From a bacterium (lineage in GTDB: Bacteria > UBP6 > UBA1177 > JAKLFG01), in the NCBI GenBank assembly GCA_022711315.1, contig JAKLFG010000003.1, forward strand, positions 23,890-87,889: a DNA stretch of 64,000 bases, given 5' to 3'. Shown one piece after another: positions 56,451 through 64,000 of this stretch. Positions within the stretch are counted from its first letter, which is position 1. Each line of letters starts with the position of its first letter. The position numbers and the translations under genes were made by a program. Below the pieces are notes generated by a model. It searched no databases and had not been told where the DNA came from. It saw only the letters and a list, made by a program, of their open reading frames with translations.

Positions 56451-58253
56451 ATGCGTGGTGTCGTGTTCTTATTCACCTTTTTGTCGCTTTTACTGATTTC
56501 CTGCGATAATCAGGTGGCGCAGCGCCCCGAGGCGCACAGCGACCAGGACACCGTAGGCCCTGACGACATCGGTGACTTCCCTCTGCTTGCCGACGAGTGG
56601 CAGAACGACTTCCCTCCGACCGAGAGCGAGGCTCCCCTCGCCGATCAGGACCCCTTCATGCCGCCGGACGACACCACCGACAACGCGTCGGATGACACCA
56701 CCGACAACGCGTCGGACGACACCACCGACACCGTACCCGATGATATCCCCGACGAGACGACCGACGAAACGACCGACCATGGACCGGACGAGACCACCGA
56801 CGAGACCACCGACGAGGTTCCCGACGAGATGAACGACGAGGCCAGCGACAGCATGCCGGAGGAGGATCCCGACCTTGATGAGGCGGTCATCGACGATGCT
56901 CCCGTCGAAGATGACCCGCTTCCCGACGACACGGTCATCCCGCCCGACCCCGATATCATACCGGAGACCGATATCTTGCCCGAGCCCGATCAATCCCTCC
57001 CCGATCTCGACATCCCGTTCCCCGAAAGCGACATACTTCCCGAAACCGATGTCCTGCCCGAATACGACCTTCTACCGGAACCGGATGGCACCTTCCCCGA
57101 GCAAGATGTCCTGCCGGAGTCCGACATCGTGATGCCGGAGCCCGATCAGCCACTTCCCGACCCCGACATGTTACCCGATCCCGATCCCGATACCGATACC
57201 GTCACACCCGACATCGACATTGTGTCCGACGCCTGCACCGTTGACGGCGACTGCACCTTCGGATACCGCTGCGATACCACCACATCGCCTCGCGCCTGCC
57301 TCTTTGCGAGCACCTGCGACAACGATTTCGACTGTCAGAACTACCAGACCTGTCAGGTGGTCGGCAACTGGAAGGAATGTCGCTTCGACCTGAGCGACAG
57401 TTGCGAGACCGATGCCGACTGCGCGCCGGGCGAGGTCTGCGAGACGGTCATCCTCGGCTACAAGGTCTGCCGTTCCATGAACAAATGCCTCACGAGCGAA
57501 GAATGCGCCGCGAATGAGGTCTGTGACTGGACCGGCTCCTACTACGACTGCGTCGCGGTCTGCACGGTCGACACCGACTGCGCATTCGGCTACCAATGCA
57601 TCGCCGGAACCCCCTACAACCAGTGCGAGTACGCCAACGAGTGTCAGAATGACGCCGATTGCCCCGCCTTCCGGACCTGCGAACCGTCAGGCAACTGGAT
57701 GCAGTGCATCCTCTCACTCGGCGGTGGCCTCTGCCTGAATGACACGAACTGCGACCCGAGCGAATACTGCGATCTTTCACTCGGCTTTTTCGGGACCTGC
57801 AAATCGCGGGACCAGTGCGCCATGGACGCCGACTGCGGCGACAATATGATCTGCGAATTCAACGGCACCTACAACGAATGCGTTCCGACGAATCCGAAGC
57901 AGTGCCTGTTCGACTTCCAGTGTCCGGACGGCTGGATATGCGCCGATAATGTCTGCACTCCTCAGTACGCCGGCGCCTGCGCCGAGATCGAGGGGATGTG
58001 GCAGGTGCTCATCAGCACCTCGTTCCTCTTCACGCAGGGAAATTCCTACGAGTTCATACCCAAGGACGGTTGCGCCGGATCGGTAAGACCGGAAGGTCAA
58101 TCGGTCGCGACCGGCAGTTTCTCACAGACGGCGGCGAAACAGTATGATATCACCATGCTCCTGTTCTTCGACTGCGAGGCGTCGATAACGCTGAACGCCG
58201 TCATGCAGGTGACCTGCCCGAGCGGCAGCGCGACGCTTATACGGAGCAACTGA
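56451..58253 (+). CDS. Secreted lipoprotein: very long acidic P/D/E/T linker with tandem nucleotide repeats, then ~9 tandem 4-Cys 'DC..G..C' modules
   Basis: Lipobox ...LLLISC. DDTTDNASDDTTDNAS repeats. Modules such as CETDADCAPGEVC...C and CLFDFQCPDGWIC. Confidence 0.7.
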   Translation: MRGVVFLFTFLSLLLISCDNQVAQRPEAHSDQDTVGPDDIGDFPLLADEWQNDFPPTESEAPLADQDPFMPPDDTTDNASDDTTDNASDDTTDTVPDDIPDETTDETTDHGPDETTDETTDEVPDEMNDEASDSMPEEDPDLDEAVIDDAPVEDDPLPDDTVIPPDPDIIPETDILPEPDQSLPDLDIPFPESDILPETDVLPEYDLLPEPDGTFPEQDVLPESDIVMPEPDQPLPDPDMLPDPDPDTDTVTPDIDIVSDACTVDGDCTFGYRCDTTTSPRACLFASTCDNDFDCQNYQTCQVVGNWKECRFDLSDSCETDADCAPGEVCETVILGYKVCRSMNKCLTSEECAANEVCDWTGSYYDCVAVCTVDTDCAFGYQCIAGTPYNQCEYANECQNDADCPAFRTCEPSGNWMQCILSLGGGLCLNDTNCDPSEYCDLSLGFFGTCKSRDQCAMDADCGDNMICEFNGTYNECVPTNPKQCLFDFQCPDGWICADNVCTPQYAGACAEIEGMWQVLISTSFLFTQGNSYEFIPKDGCAGSVRPEGQSVATGSFSQTAAKQYDITMLLFFDCEASITLNAVMQVTCPSGSATLIRSN

Positions 58254-58271
58254 CCCGGGGATCCGGGCCGA

Positions 58272-59492
58272 TCAGTTATCGGGAAGTATCGCGTCCTCGT
58301 CGGTCTCTTCCGGCATCGTGTCCCACGCCGCCGAAACGACCTGCAGACAGGCACCGCCCGCCACCGGGGTCGACTCATAGGTCTCGCCGTTGATGACGAC
58401 CTCCACCAGCCGCACGCCGTCAAGATGGCCGCGCGATGCGCCGGTCATCCAATCCTCCTCGTCAACGACCAGATCGTCGATGATAAGATCGCCGGAATGC
58501 TGGAAGAAGACCTTCTGGAGCGCCGTGTCGCCGAGATCCTGCACGACAAGGACGCACTGCGGGCAATCGACATAGTTGGTGCCGGCCAGATCGTAGGTCC
58601 CCGCCGCCTGCGCACCCCAGAATTCGAGATAGAACGAATCGGCGACGGAGGTTCCGATGTTGTCGACCAGACCGCCGACATAGAGGTTGGCCATCTCGGG
58701 ATCGCCGACTATGTCCTTCGCGCTTACCGGCGTGCAGTCGATGCAACCGGTGCCTTCCGCGTTGCACTGTTCGCCCTCTTCGCAGCCGTCGCCGCACACA
58801 CCGCCGCACCCGTCGGAACCGCAGACCTTGTCGCCGCAGTCGGGAACGCAGATGGTGTCCCAGGTACCCTCTATCTCGTAGCAGTTACCACCGACGACCG
58901 GGGTCGATATGAAGGTGCCGCTCTCGATGGTCACCTCTATGAGACGCGCCGAGATGCTTCCCTTCGACTCCATGGTACCGGTCTTCACCTCGCTGATCTC
59001 AAGAGCGCCGTCATACTGGAAGTAGCGTTTCGTGATGGTGTTCTGTTCGGCGTCGATATCCTCGTAGGCAAGGGTGCATTCCGTGCAGGAGGAGAAGTTG
59101 GCGTTCGCGCCCGCGCCGAGGTCATAGGACCCCACGGTCAGTGCCGTCTTGACGGTGGTGGCGTCGACATAGAACTGGATCGAGAAGAGATCGGGCAGAG
59201 CGGCATCGCCGAGGTCCATCGAAAAGGCGCCTTCATAGAAACCTTCCACGATGGCGATATCCTGCACCGTCACCTTGGTACAGTCGCCGATGACGAAGGT
59301 ATCATCGTCCGGCGTCTCTTCGGTGTCGGTCAGCAGATCGTCGGTGACGACATCGTCGGTAACGGTCCCGTCGGTCACCACATCGGTGTCGGCGACGGTG
59401 TCGATGTCGGCGTCTTCCTTGTCATTGTCGTCGCAAGCGACGAACAGCAGCGCGAACAACAGCGCCGCGCACAGGGTGAACCACTTGGTCAT
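58272..59492 (-). CDS. Secreted lipoprotein, acidic linker plus Cys-rich central segment
   Basis: Start at the internal Met MTKWFTLCAALLFALLFVAC. D/T-rich linker. CGDKVCGSDGCGGVCGDGCEEGEQC segment. Confidence 0.6.
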   Translation of the reverse strand: MTKWFTLCAALLFALLFVACDDNDKEDADIDTVADTDVVTDGTVTDDVVTDDLLTDTEETPDDDTFVIGDCTKVTVQDIAIVEGFYEGAFSMDLGDAALPDLFSIQFYVDATTVKTALTVGSYDLGAGANANFSSCTECTLAYEDIDAEQNTITKRYFQYDGALEISEVKTGTMESKGSISARLIEVTIESGTFISTPVVGGNCYEIEGTWDTICVPDCGDKVCGSDGCGGVCGDGCEEGEQCNAEGTGCIDCTPVSAKDIVGDPEMANLYVGGLVDNIGTSVADSFYLEFWGAQAAGTYDLAGTNYVDCPQCVLVVQDLGDTALQKVFFQHSGDLIIDDLVVDEEDWMTGASRGHLDGVRLVEVVINGETYESTPVAGGACLQVVSAAWDTMPEETDEDAILPDN

Positions 59493-59521
59493 GTATGCCT
59501 CCTTGCTAAGGGTTGGGGGAC

Positions 59522-59617
59522 CTATTTCTTCCGGAACATCCGGTAGTACGAAAAGATGAGCAGGGTAACGATGCTGCCCCACGACAGCGCCATGAAGATG
59601 ATCGCTTCGGTGTTCAT
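59522..59617 (-). CDS. Possible small single-TM peptide (31 aa) overlapping the stop of the NSS transporter gene
   Basis: MNTEAIIFMALSWGSIVTLLIFSYYRMFRKK. ATGA-type overlap with the upstream gene. Confidence 0.3.
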   Translation of the reverse strand: MNTEAIIFMALSWGSIVTLLIFSYYRMFRKK

Positions 59618-61182
59618 GCCGCACCTCCCGCCGACCTGTCGTTCTTCATCCATCTGGCCGCGTACATAGTGAGCGCGATGATCGCCGCCAGTCCGCCGAA
59701 GACCAGCAGGCGCGCGCCCCAGATGTAGGGCTTGTCGGCCTCCGCCACCCCCTCCATGAGTATCGTCGGGATGAACTGCTGGTAACTCCACGCGCCGAGT
59801 ATCGCGAAGAGATAGAGCGGCGTCACATATTTGATGATGAATTTGTAGGCGGACGGTATACGGATGTCGGCCCCCTGATGCATCTCCTCCCACGCCTTTT
59901 CGATGCCGATCACCCAGCCGAAGATGATCGTCTCTACCGTGGCGAACAGCACGAGGAACACCGTACCACCCCAGAAATCGAGTTCGTCGACAAAACCATG
60001 ACCGAGGAAGAATATCGCCGGCTGGCAGGCAAGGAAGGCGATGAGGCCGAGTATGCCGGTCGCCTTTTTACGGCTCACTTTGAGTTCGTCCTGCATGAAC
60101 GACATGGCGGGCTGCACCATCGAGACCGACGAGGTGATGCCCGCGATGAAGAGCAGCAGGAACCACACCCCCGCGAACAGCGCCCCGAGCGGTATCTTAC
60201 CGAATATAAGCGGCATCGTCACGAAGCCGATATTGAAGAGTCCGCTCTTGGCGACCTCCATCGTACCCGCCGCGCCGAGAAAGACGAAGGCGGCCGGGAT
60301 GACCACCGAACCGCCGAGAACGACCTCGCAGAATTCGTTGGTGGACGCAGCCGAAAGCCCCGAGAGGACCACATCGTCATCCTTTTTGAGATAACTGGCG
60401 TAGGCGATGATGACCCCCATGCCGATGGAGAGGGTGAAGAATATCTGTCCCGCCGCCTCCAGCCAGACCTTGGCGTTCCCGAGACTCGCGAGGTCGGGGG
60501 TATAGATGAAGTTGAGCGCGTTGGTGATGGAGAGTTCGGGCTGGGCCGGGTCGGGAGTGCCGAGCGATAGGGTGCGGATGACCAGCAATACCGCGAGTAT
60601 CAGCAGTATCGGCATCCCGATGCGAGAGAGTTTCTCGATACCACCCTGTATGCCGCGGTAGATGAAGTAGAAATTGAGCAGGAAGGTGATGGTGAAGAAG
60701 ATATAGGCGGTCCAGATGCCTGAAAAGTGCTCGTTCGCGACAAGCCCCTGATAGCCCGACAGGAACGCCTTCATCCCCTCTTGATCGCCCATCGTCGTCA
60801 ATTTCCCGGTGAAGGCGAAGTATGCGTAGGCGAGCGTCCACGATTCGATGAAGGTGTAGTAGACCAGAATGATGAAAGGACCCATTATCCCGATGGCGCC
60901 GAGGATGCGGGCGACCATGCTGTTGCGCGTCACCGAGGCGAATATCGAGGTGGCGGTACCGAAGCCACGCTGACCGCCCATCCGGCCGAGTGTCCATTCC
61001 ATCCACATGAGCGGGATACCGAGCAGGAGGAACGCGATAAGATACGGTATCATGAAGGCGCCGCCGCCGTTCAGGGCCATCTTCGCCGGATAGCGCAGGA
61101 AATTGCCCAGACCCACCGCGCTCCCCGCGACCGCGAGGATGACGCCAAGTTTCGAACCCCAGTGTTCTCTCTGTCCAGCCAT
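59614..61182 (-). CDS. Sodium-dependent transporter, NSS (SNF) family
   Basis: N-terminal WGSKLGVILAVAGSAVGLGNFLRYP signature and about 12 TM helices. Confidence 0.85.
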   Translation of the reverse strand: MAGQREHWGSKLGVILAVAGSAVGLGNFLRYPAKMALNGGGAFMIPYLIAFLLLGIPLMWMEWTLGRMGGQRGFGTATSIFASVTRNSMVARILGAIGIMGPFIILVYYTFIESWTLAYAYFAFTGKLTTMGDQEGMKAFLSGYQGLVANEHFSGIWTAYIFFTITFLLNFYFIYRGIQGGIEKLSRIGMPILLILAVLLVIRTLSLGTPDPAQPELSITNALNFIYTPDLASLGNAKVWLEAAGQIFFTLSIGMGVIIAYASYLKKDDDVVLSGLSAASTNEFCEVVLGGSVVIPAAFVFLGAAGTMEVAKSGLFNIGFVTMPLIFGKIPLGALFAGVWFLLLFIAGITSSVSMVQPAMSFMQDELKVSRKKATGILGLIAFLACQPAIFFLGHGFVDELDFWGGTVFLVLFATVETIIFGWVIGIEKAWEEMHQGADIRIPSAYKFIIKYVTPLYLFAILGAWSYQQFIPTILMEGVAEADKPYIWGARLLVFGGLAAIIALTMYAARWMKNDRSAGGAA

Positions 61183-61249
61183 GAAAAGCCCCCGATGAAT
61201 GGCGTAACCGGTCCCACCCTAGCAGAAAAGGGGCGGAATGACAACAATT

Positions 61250-61945
61250 TCAATCGAAGTGCAGCGACTTCCGCGCGAAGGTCAGGACGAAGACCTTGTC
61301 GGCGCCGTTATTCTTGAGGAGCGTCGCTATCTCGTTGGCGGTGGTGAGGGTCGTCGCGACATCGTCGATGAGGAGGAACCGCTTGCCGGTCACCGGCCGG
61401 GTGAGGGCGAAGGCGCCTGACAGGTTCCGTTTCCGTTCTTCCAACGAAAGTTCGGCCTGCTGTTTGGTCCGCTTCACCTTTTTGATGGTGTGGGGATCGA
61501 GGAACATACCGGCCCGCCGTGCCACTTCGTCGGCAAGCACCGCCGCCTGATTGAAGCCGCGCAGGAAAAGCGCCATGCGGCTCATCGGCGGGAACACCAC
61601 GCGATCAGCTATCCGCATGGCGTCGGGCACCCGGTCGCCGAGCCACCGCCCCATCGCGACCGCCGTGCGATAGATCGGACCGTACTTCATCGTCGTGACC
61701 GCCTTGGCGACCGCGCCGGCGTAGATGAAGGGACTCTCCGTCGCATCGAAGGAGAATTTCCGGCCGCGGCAGAAGCGGCACCCGCCGTCATCTTCGTTCG
61801 ACCGCGGGATGAAACCGCCGCACCGGGGACAGGGGCGCGCCAGAGCAAGGGCGTACGGGGCACAGTCGGCACAGAATATCTCGTCGCATGGTATCATGAC
61901 GCCGCAGGAAAGACATGAGGCCGACACGATGGGAGAGACCTTCAC
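61250..61945 (-). CDS. comF: ComF/GntX-family phosphoribosyltransferase-domain protein
   Basis: N-terminal Cys4 zinc-ribbon (CLSCG...CADC...CPRCG) and PRTase motif FLLIDDVATTLTT. Confidence 0.7.
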   Translation of the reverse strand: MKVSPIVSASCLSCGVMIPCDEIFCADCAPYALALARPCPRCGGFIPRSNEDDGGCRFCRGRKFSFDATESPFIYAGAVAKAVTTMKYGPIYRTAVAMGRWLGDRVPDAMRIADRVVFPPMSRMALFLRGFNQAAVLADEVARRAGMFLDPHTIKKVKRTKQQAELSLEERKRNLSGAFALTRPVTGKRFLLIDDVATTLTTANEIATLLKNNGADKVFVLTFARKSLHFD

Positions 61946-63744
61946 CAGCCGCCTCCCGTTCCTTCGGTCTCGCTGCGGAATATGAGCGGTGCGGTGTAGC
62001 AGGCGATGTAGAGATCGCCAGAGACATGGCCCGACTCGAACAGCAGATCGAGCAGGCGCTGGATGCGCCCTTGCCGCGCTTCGGATACGGATCCGTTACG
62101 ATATTCGTGGTAGAAGCGCTTCGGATTGGGAACGATGGAGGCGAGCCACGCCGCTTCGTGCGGCAAAAGTTCTTCGGGCAGTTTGCCGAAGTAGTGCTGA
62201 GCCGCCTGACCGATGCCGAAGATGCCCGGCCCCCACTCGATGACATTGAGGTATATCTCGAGTATCCGCTCCTTGGAAAGGGTAGCGTCCAATTCCACGG
62301 AGAGCAGAAGTTCGCGGAATTTCCGCAGGATCGTTTTGTTGCGGGTCAGGAAGAGGTTCTTGACGAGTTGCTGGGTTATGGTCGAACCGCCGCGCAGTTC
62401 GTGGCGCGTAAGATTATCCTTGAAGGCGGCGTCCATCTCGGCGAAATCGATCCCGTGGTGCAGGAAGAAGCCGGCATCCTCCGACAGCACCACCGCGCGC
62501 GGCACATAGGGGGGAAGCAAGGCGAGCGGCGCGTAGGTGAACTTATTGTTCTTCACCTCGACCCGGAACGCGGCGCCGGTGTCGTCGGTGAAGAAATAGT
62601 CGAATCCGCTCCGGTACCGTTCGAACCGATCGGACAACTGTTTCACCCCATCCAACGAGCCGGTGATGGCTATCGCTTCGAGCGCGATGTCGCCGGGCAG
62701 GAGCTCACCCGCCGCCGCGAGCGACACGCCGATCGTCCCCTCCATCAGGAACCCGTCGAACAGGCGATTCTTCACGAGCGTCGCGAGCAGGTTGAGCGGA
62801 AGATCCTTCATGTCCACCGAAAGGTCGAACCGGCGCTCCGCCAGCGTACCGTGCGCATGGACCTCCATCCCGCCGGGCGAGAAGACCAGATCGTTGAAGA
62901 ACGCCTTCCGCTTGGCCACATCGATCGATACGATCCCGTAGACCCGCAGGAGCGGCAACGAGAACGGCTCGACATCGAGGAAGGGATGGGATATCGCGAT
63001 CTCCGAGAACGAAAGATCGATCGAAAGTTCCGCCTGCCCGCCTTCCGCGGAGAGATCGGCGGTCCCGTCGAGCAATGCCCGCGCATAGGTCCGTTCGTCG
63101 GGGAGCCACGGCCGGAGATACGGTTCGGCGGGGAACCGGTTGAACACGGCGCTCAGGCGACGGTTATCGCGGGAACCGGAAAGGAGCACGAAGGAGTCCC
63201 CCTCACCGCCCTTCGGTCTCACCGATGCGTTCAGTGCCTCGCCGCGCAGGTCGGCCGACAGATCGACCTCAAGTCGCCGATCGTCCACGAGGACCGACAA
63301 CGATCCGACCTCCAGCGAGAGCGAGGGCGGCTTTTTAACGATGTCCGGTCGGGATCTTTCCGTTCCGGTCTCTTCCTTCACCGCGACGAGGATTTCGACA
63401 GCCTGCCGCGGGTCGACCGTACCCCGTTCGCATATGGCCTCCAACGCTTTCTCTTTGCCCTGCAACAGACTTCTCAGCCCCGAAACGGAACAGTCGCCGA
63501 GTGAGAGCAGGGCGCCCTCCCCGCGCGGCCCCGCGACGCTCACCGTGTTGAAATATATCGCGGGCGGCAGGACGGACACCGATGAGATGTCGTACGACAC
63601 CTTCACCGGGAGCGACGAGAGACGGGCGTCGATCATCGCCCCGATACGGGCGGGGAGATAGACGGTCTTCACAAAAAGTATGGCGGCGACCACGGCGAAC
63701 AGCACCGTACCGGCGAGCGCCAAAAGAAGTATCCGTCGTCTCAT
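61942..63744 (-). CDS. Membrane-anchored protein with large N-terminal domain fused to a C-terminal GT51 peptidoglycan transglycosylase domain
   Basis: GT51 motifs EDAGFFLHHGID, RGGSTITQQLVKN, and ...IYLNVIEWGPGIFGIGQAAQHYFGK. N-terminal TM anchor. Confidence 0.7.
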   Translation of the reverse strand: MRRRILLLALAGTVLFAVVAAILFVKTVYLPARIGAMIDARLSSLPVKVSYDISSVSVLPPAIYFNTVSVAGPRGEGALLSLGDCSVSGLRSLLQGKEKALEAICERGTVDPRQAVEILVAVKEETGTERSRPDIVKKPPSLSLEVGSLSVLVDDRRLEVDLSADLRGEALNASVRPKGGEGDSFVLLSGSRDNRRLSAVFNRFPAEPYLRPWLPDERTYARALLDGTADLSAEGGQAELSIDLSFSEIAISHPFLDVEPFSLPLLRVYGIVSIDVAKRKAFFNDLVFSPGGMEVHAHGTLAERRFDLSVDMKDLPLNLLATLVKNRLFDGFLMEGTIGVSLAAAGELLPGDIALEAIAITGSLDGVKQLSDRFERYRSGFDYFFTDDTGAAFRVEVKNNKFTYAPLALLPPYVPRAVVLSEDAGFFLHHGIDFAEMDAAFKDNLTRHELRGGSTITQQLVKNLFLTRNKTILRKFRELLLSVELDATLSKERILEIYLNVIEWGPGIFGIGQAAQHYFGKLPEELLPHEAAWLASIVPNPKRFYHEYRNGSVSEARQGRIQRLLDLLFESGHVSGDLYIACYTAPLIFRSETEGTGGGW

Positions 63745-63898
63745 GCACCCTCATCGGTGAAATGGCGCCTCATTATGAAAGAGCCGACGCAAAAAGCAAG
63801 AAATAGGCCCGCTACCGCACAGCGCAAAAAACTTTATTTCCCGTTCGCACCACGCTATAGTACCTCCACTGTTCATTTATCTATCGGGAGGCGCCGCC

Positions 63899-64000
63899 AT
63901 GTTCATCTACGACCGCGTGATACAGGAGCCGGGAAAGTACTCGTTCGCCATTGATGATCTCGGACCCTGCACCGTCCAGACACCGCTCAAGGGCGGCCTG
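63899..64000 (+). CDS. 5' end of an unidentified gene (partial)
   Basis: Open frame MFIYDRVIQEPGKYSFAIDDLGPCTVQTPLKGGL running off the window. Confidence 0.25.
   Translation, partial: MFIYDRVIQEPGKYSFAIDDLGPCTVQTPLKGGL

Noticed and set aside
1-64000. CRISPR arrays, rRNA genes, transposases or integrases
   Set aside because: No regularly spaced direct repeats with unique spacers, no rRNA-like conserved stretches, no DDE or tyrosine-recombinase-like ORFs were seen. The only repeats are coding tandem repeats, the (GACA)n tract and the paralogue-associated 5'/3' modules.

Overview
This is a high-GC bacterial chromosomal segment with a dense housekeeping backbone. Identified genes are rlmH, an acyl-activating/ACP/acyltransferase fusion, dnaE, the minus-strand string ansA-era-(secreted)-der-yihY, dnaG-rpoD, a GT2 plus NodB-like pair, folC, recN, guaA, a yrdC/yciO-like gene, trxB, comF, an NSS transporter and three tRNAs (Gly-GCC, Cys-GCA, Leu-UAA). 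Interleaved with these are about 14 secreted lipoproteins. Their architecture recurs: lipobox, a small disulfide module, a long acidic D/T/E/P-rich low-complexity linker, then a variable C-terminal domain. The C-terminal domains include knottin-like six-Cys arrays, a beta-propeller, DUF1566/Lcl, cbEGF, LamG plus Myxococcus-type Cys-rich repeats, MAM-like beta-sandwiches and FGE-sulfatase. The Myxococcus-type repeats (CGNG..EECDDGN..CGDG) suggest a Myxococcota-like lineage, though that is uncertain. There is also a NuoE-like/NuoF-like/(2Fe-2S+GltD-like) operon resembling Stn/Bfu-type electron-bifurcating transhydrogenases. An AT-richer accessory islet at about 46.6-50.8 kb is the most unusual locus. 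In it, three paralogous lipoprotein genes share a near-identical 5' module (about 170 bp leader, SD and signal peptide) but carry different cargo domains. Two of them also share a conserved 3' structured element. The shared leader carries a (GACA)n microsatellite with 7 units in one copy and 2-3 in the other. A second AT-richer islet at about 2.95-4.9 kb carries a promoter, a small ORF and a minimal nucleotidyltransferase. No CRISPR array, rRNA or obvious transposase was seen. Many long antisense ORFs in the track are high-GC artefacts.
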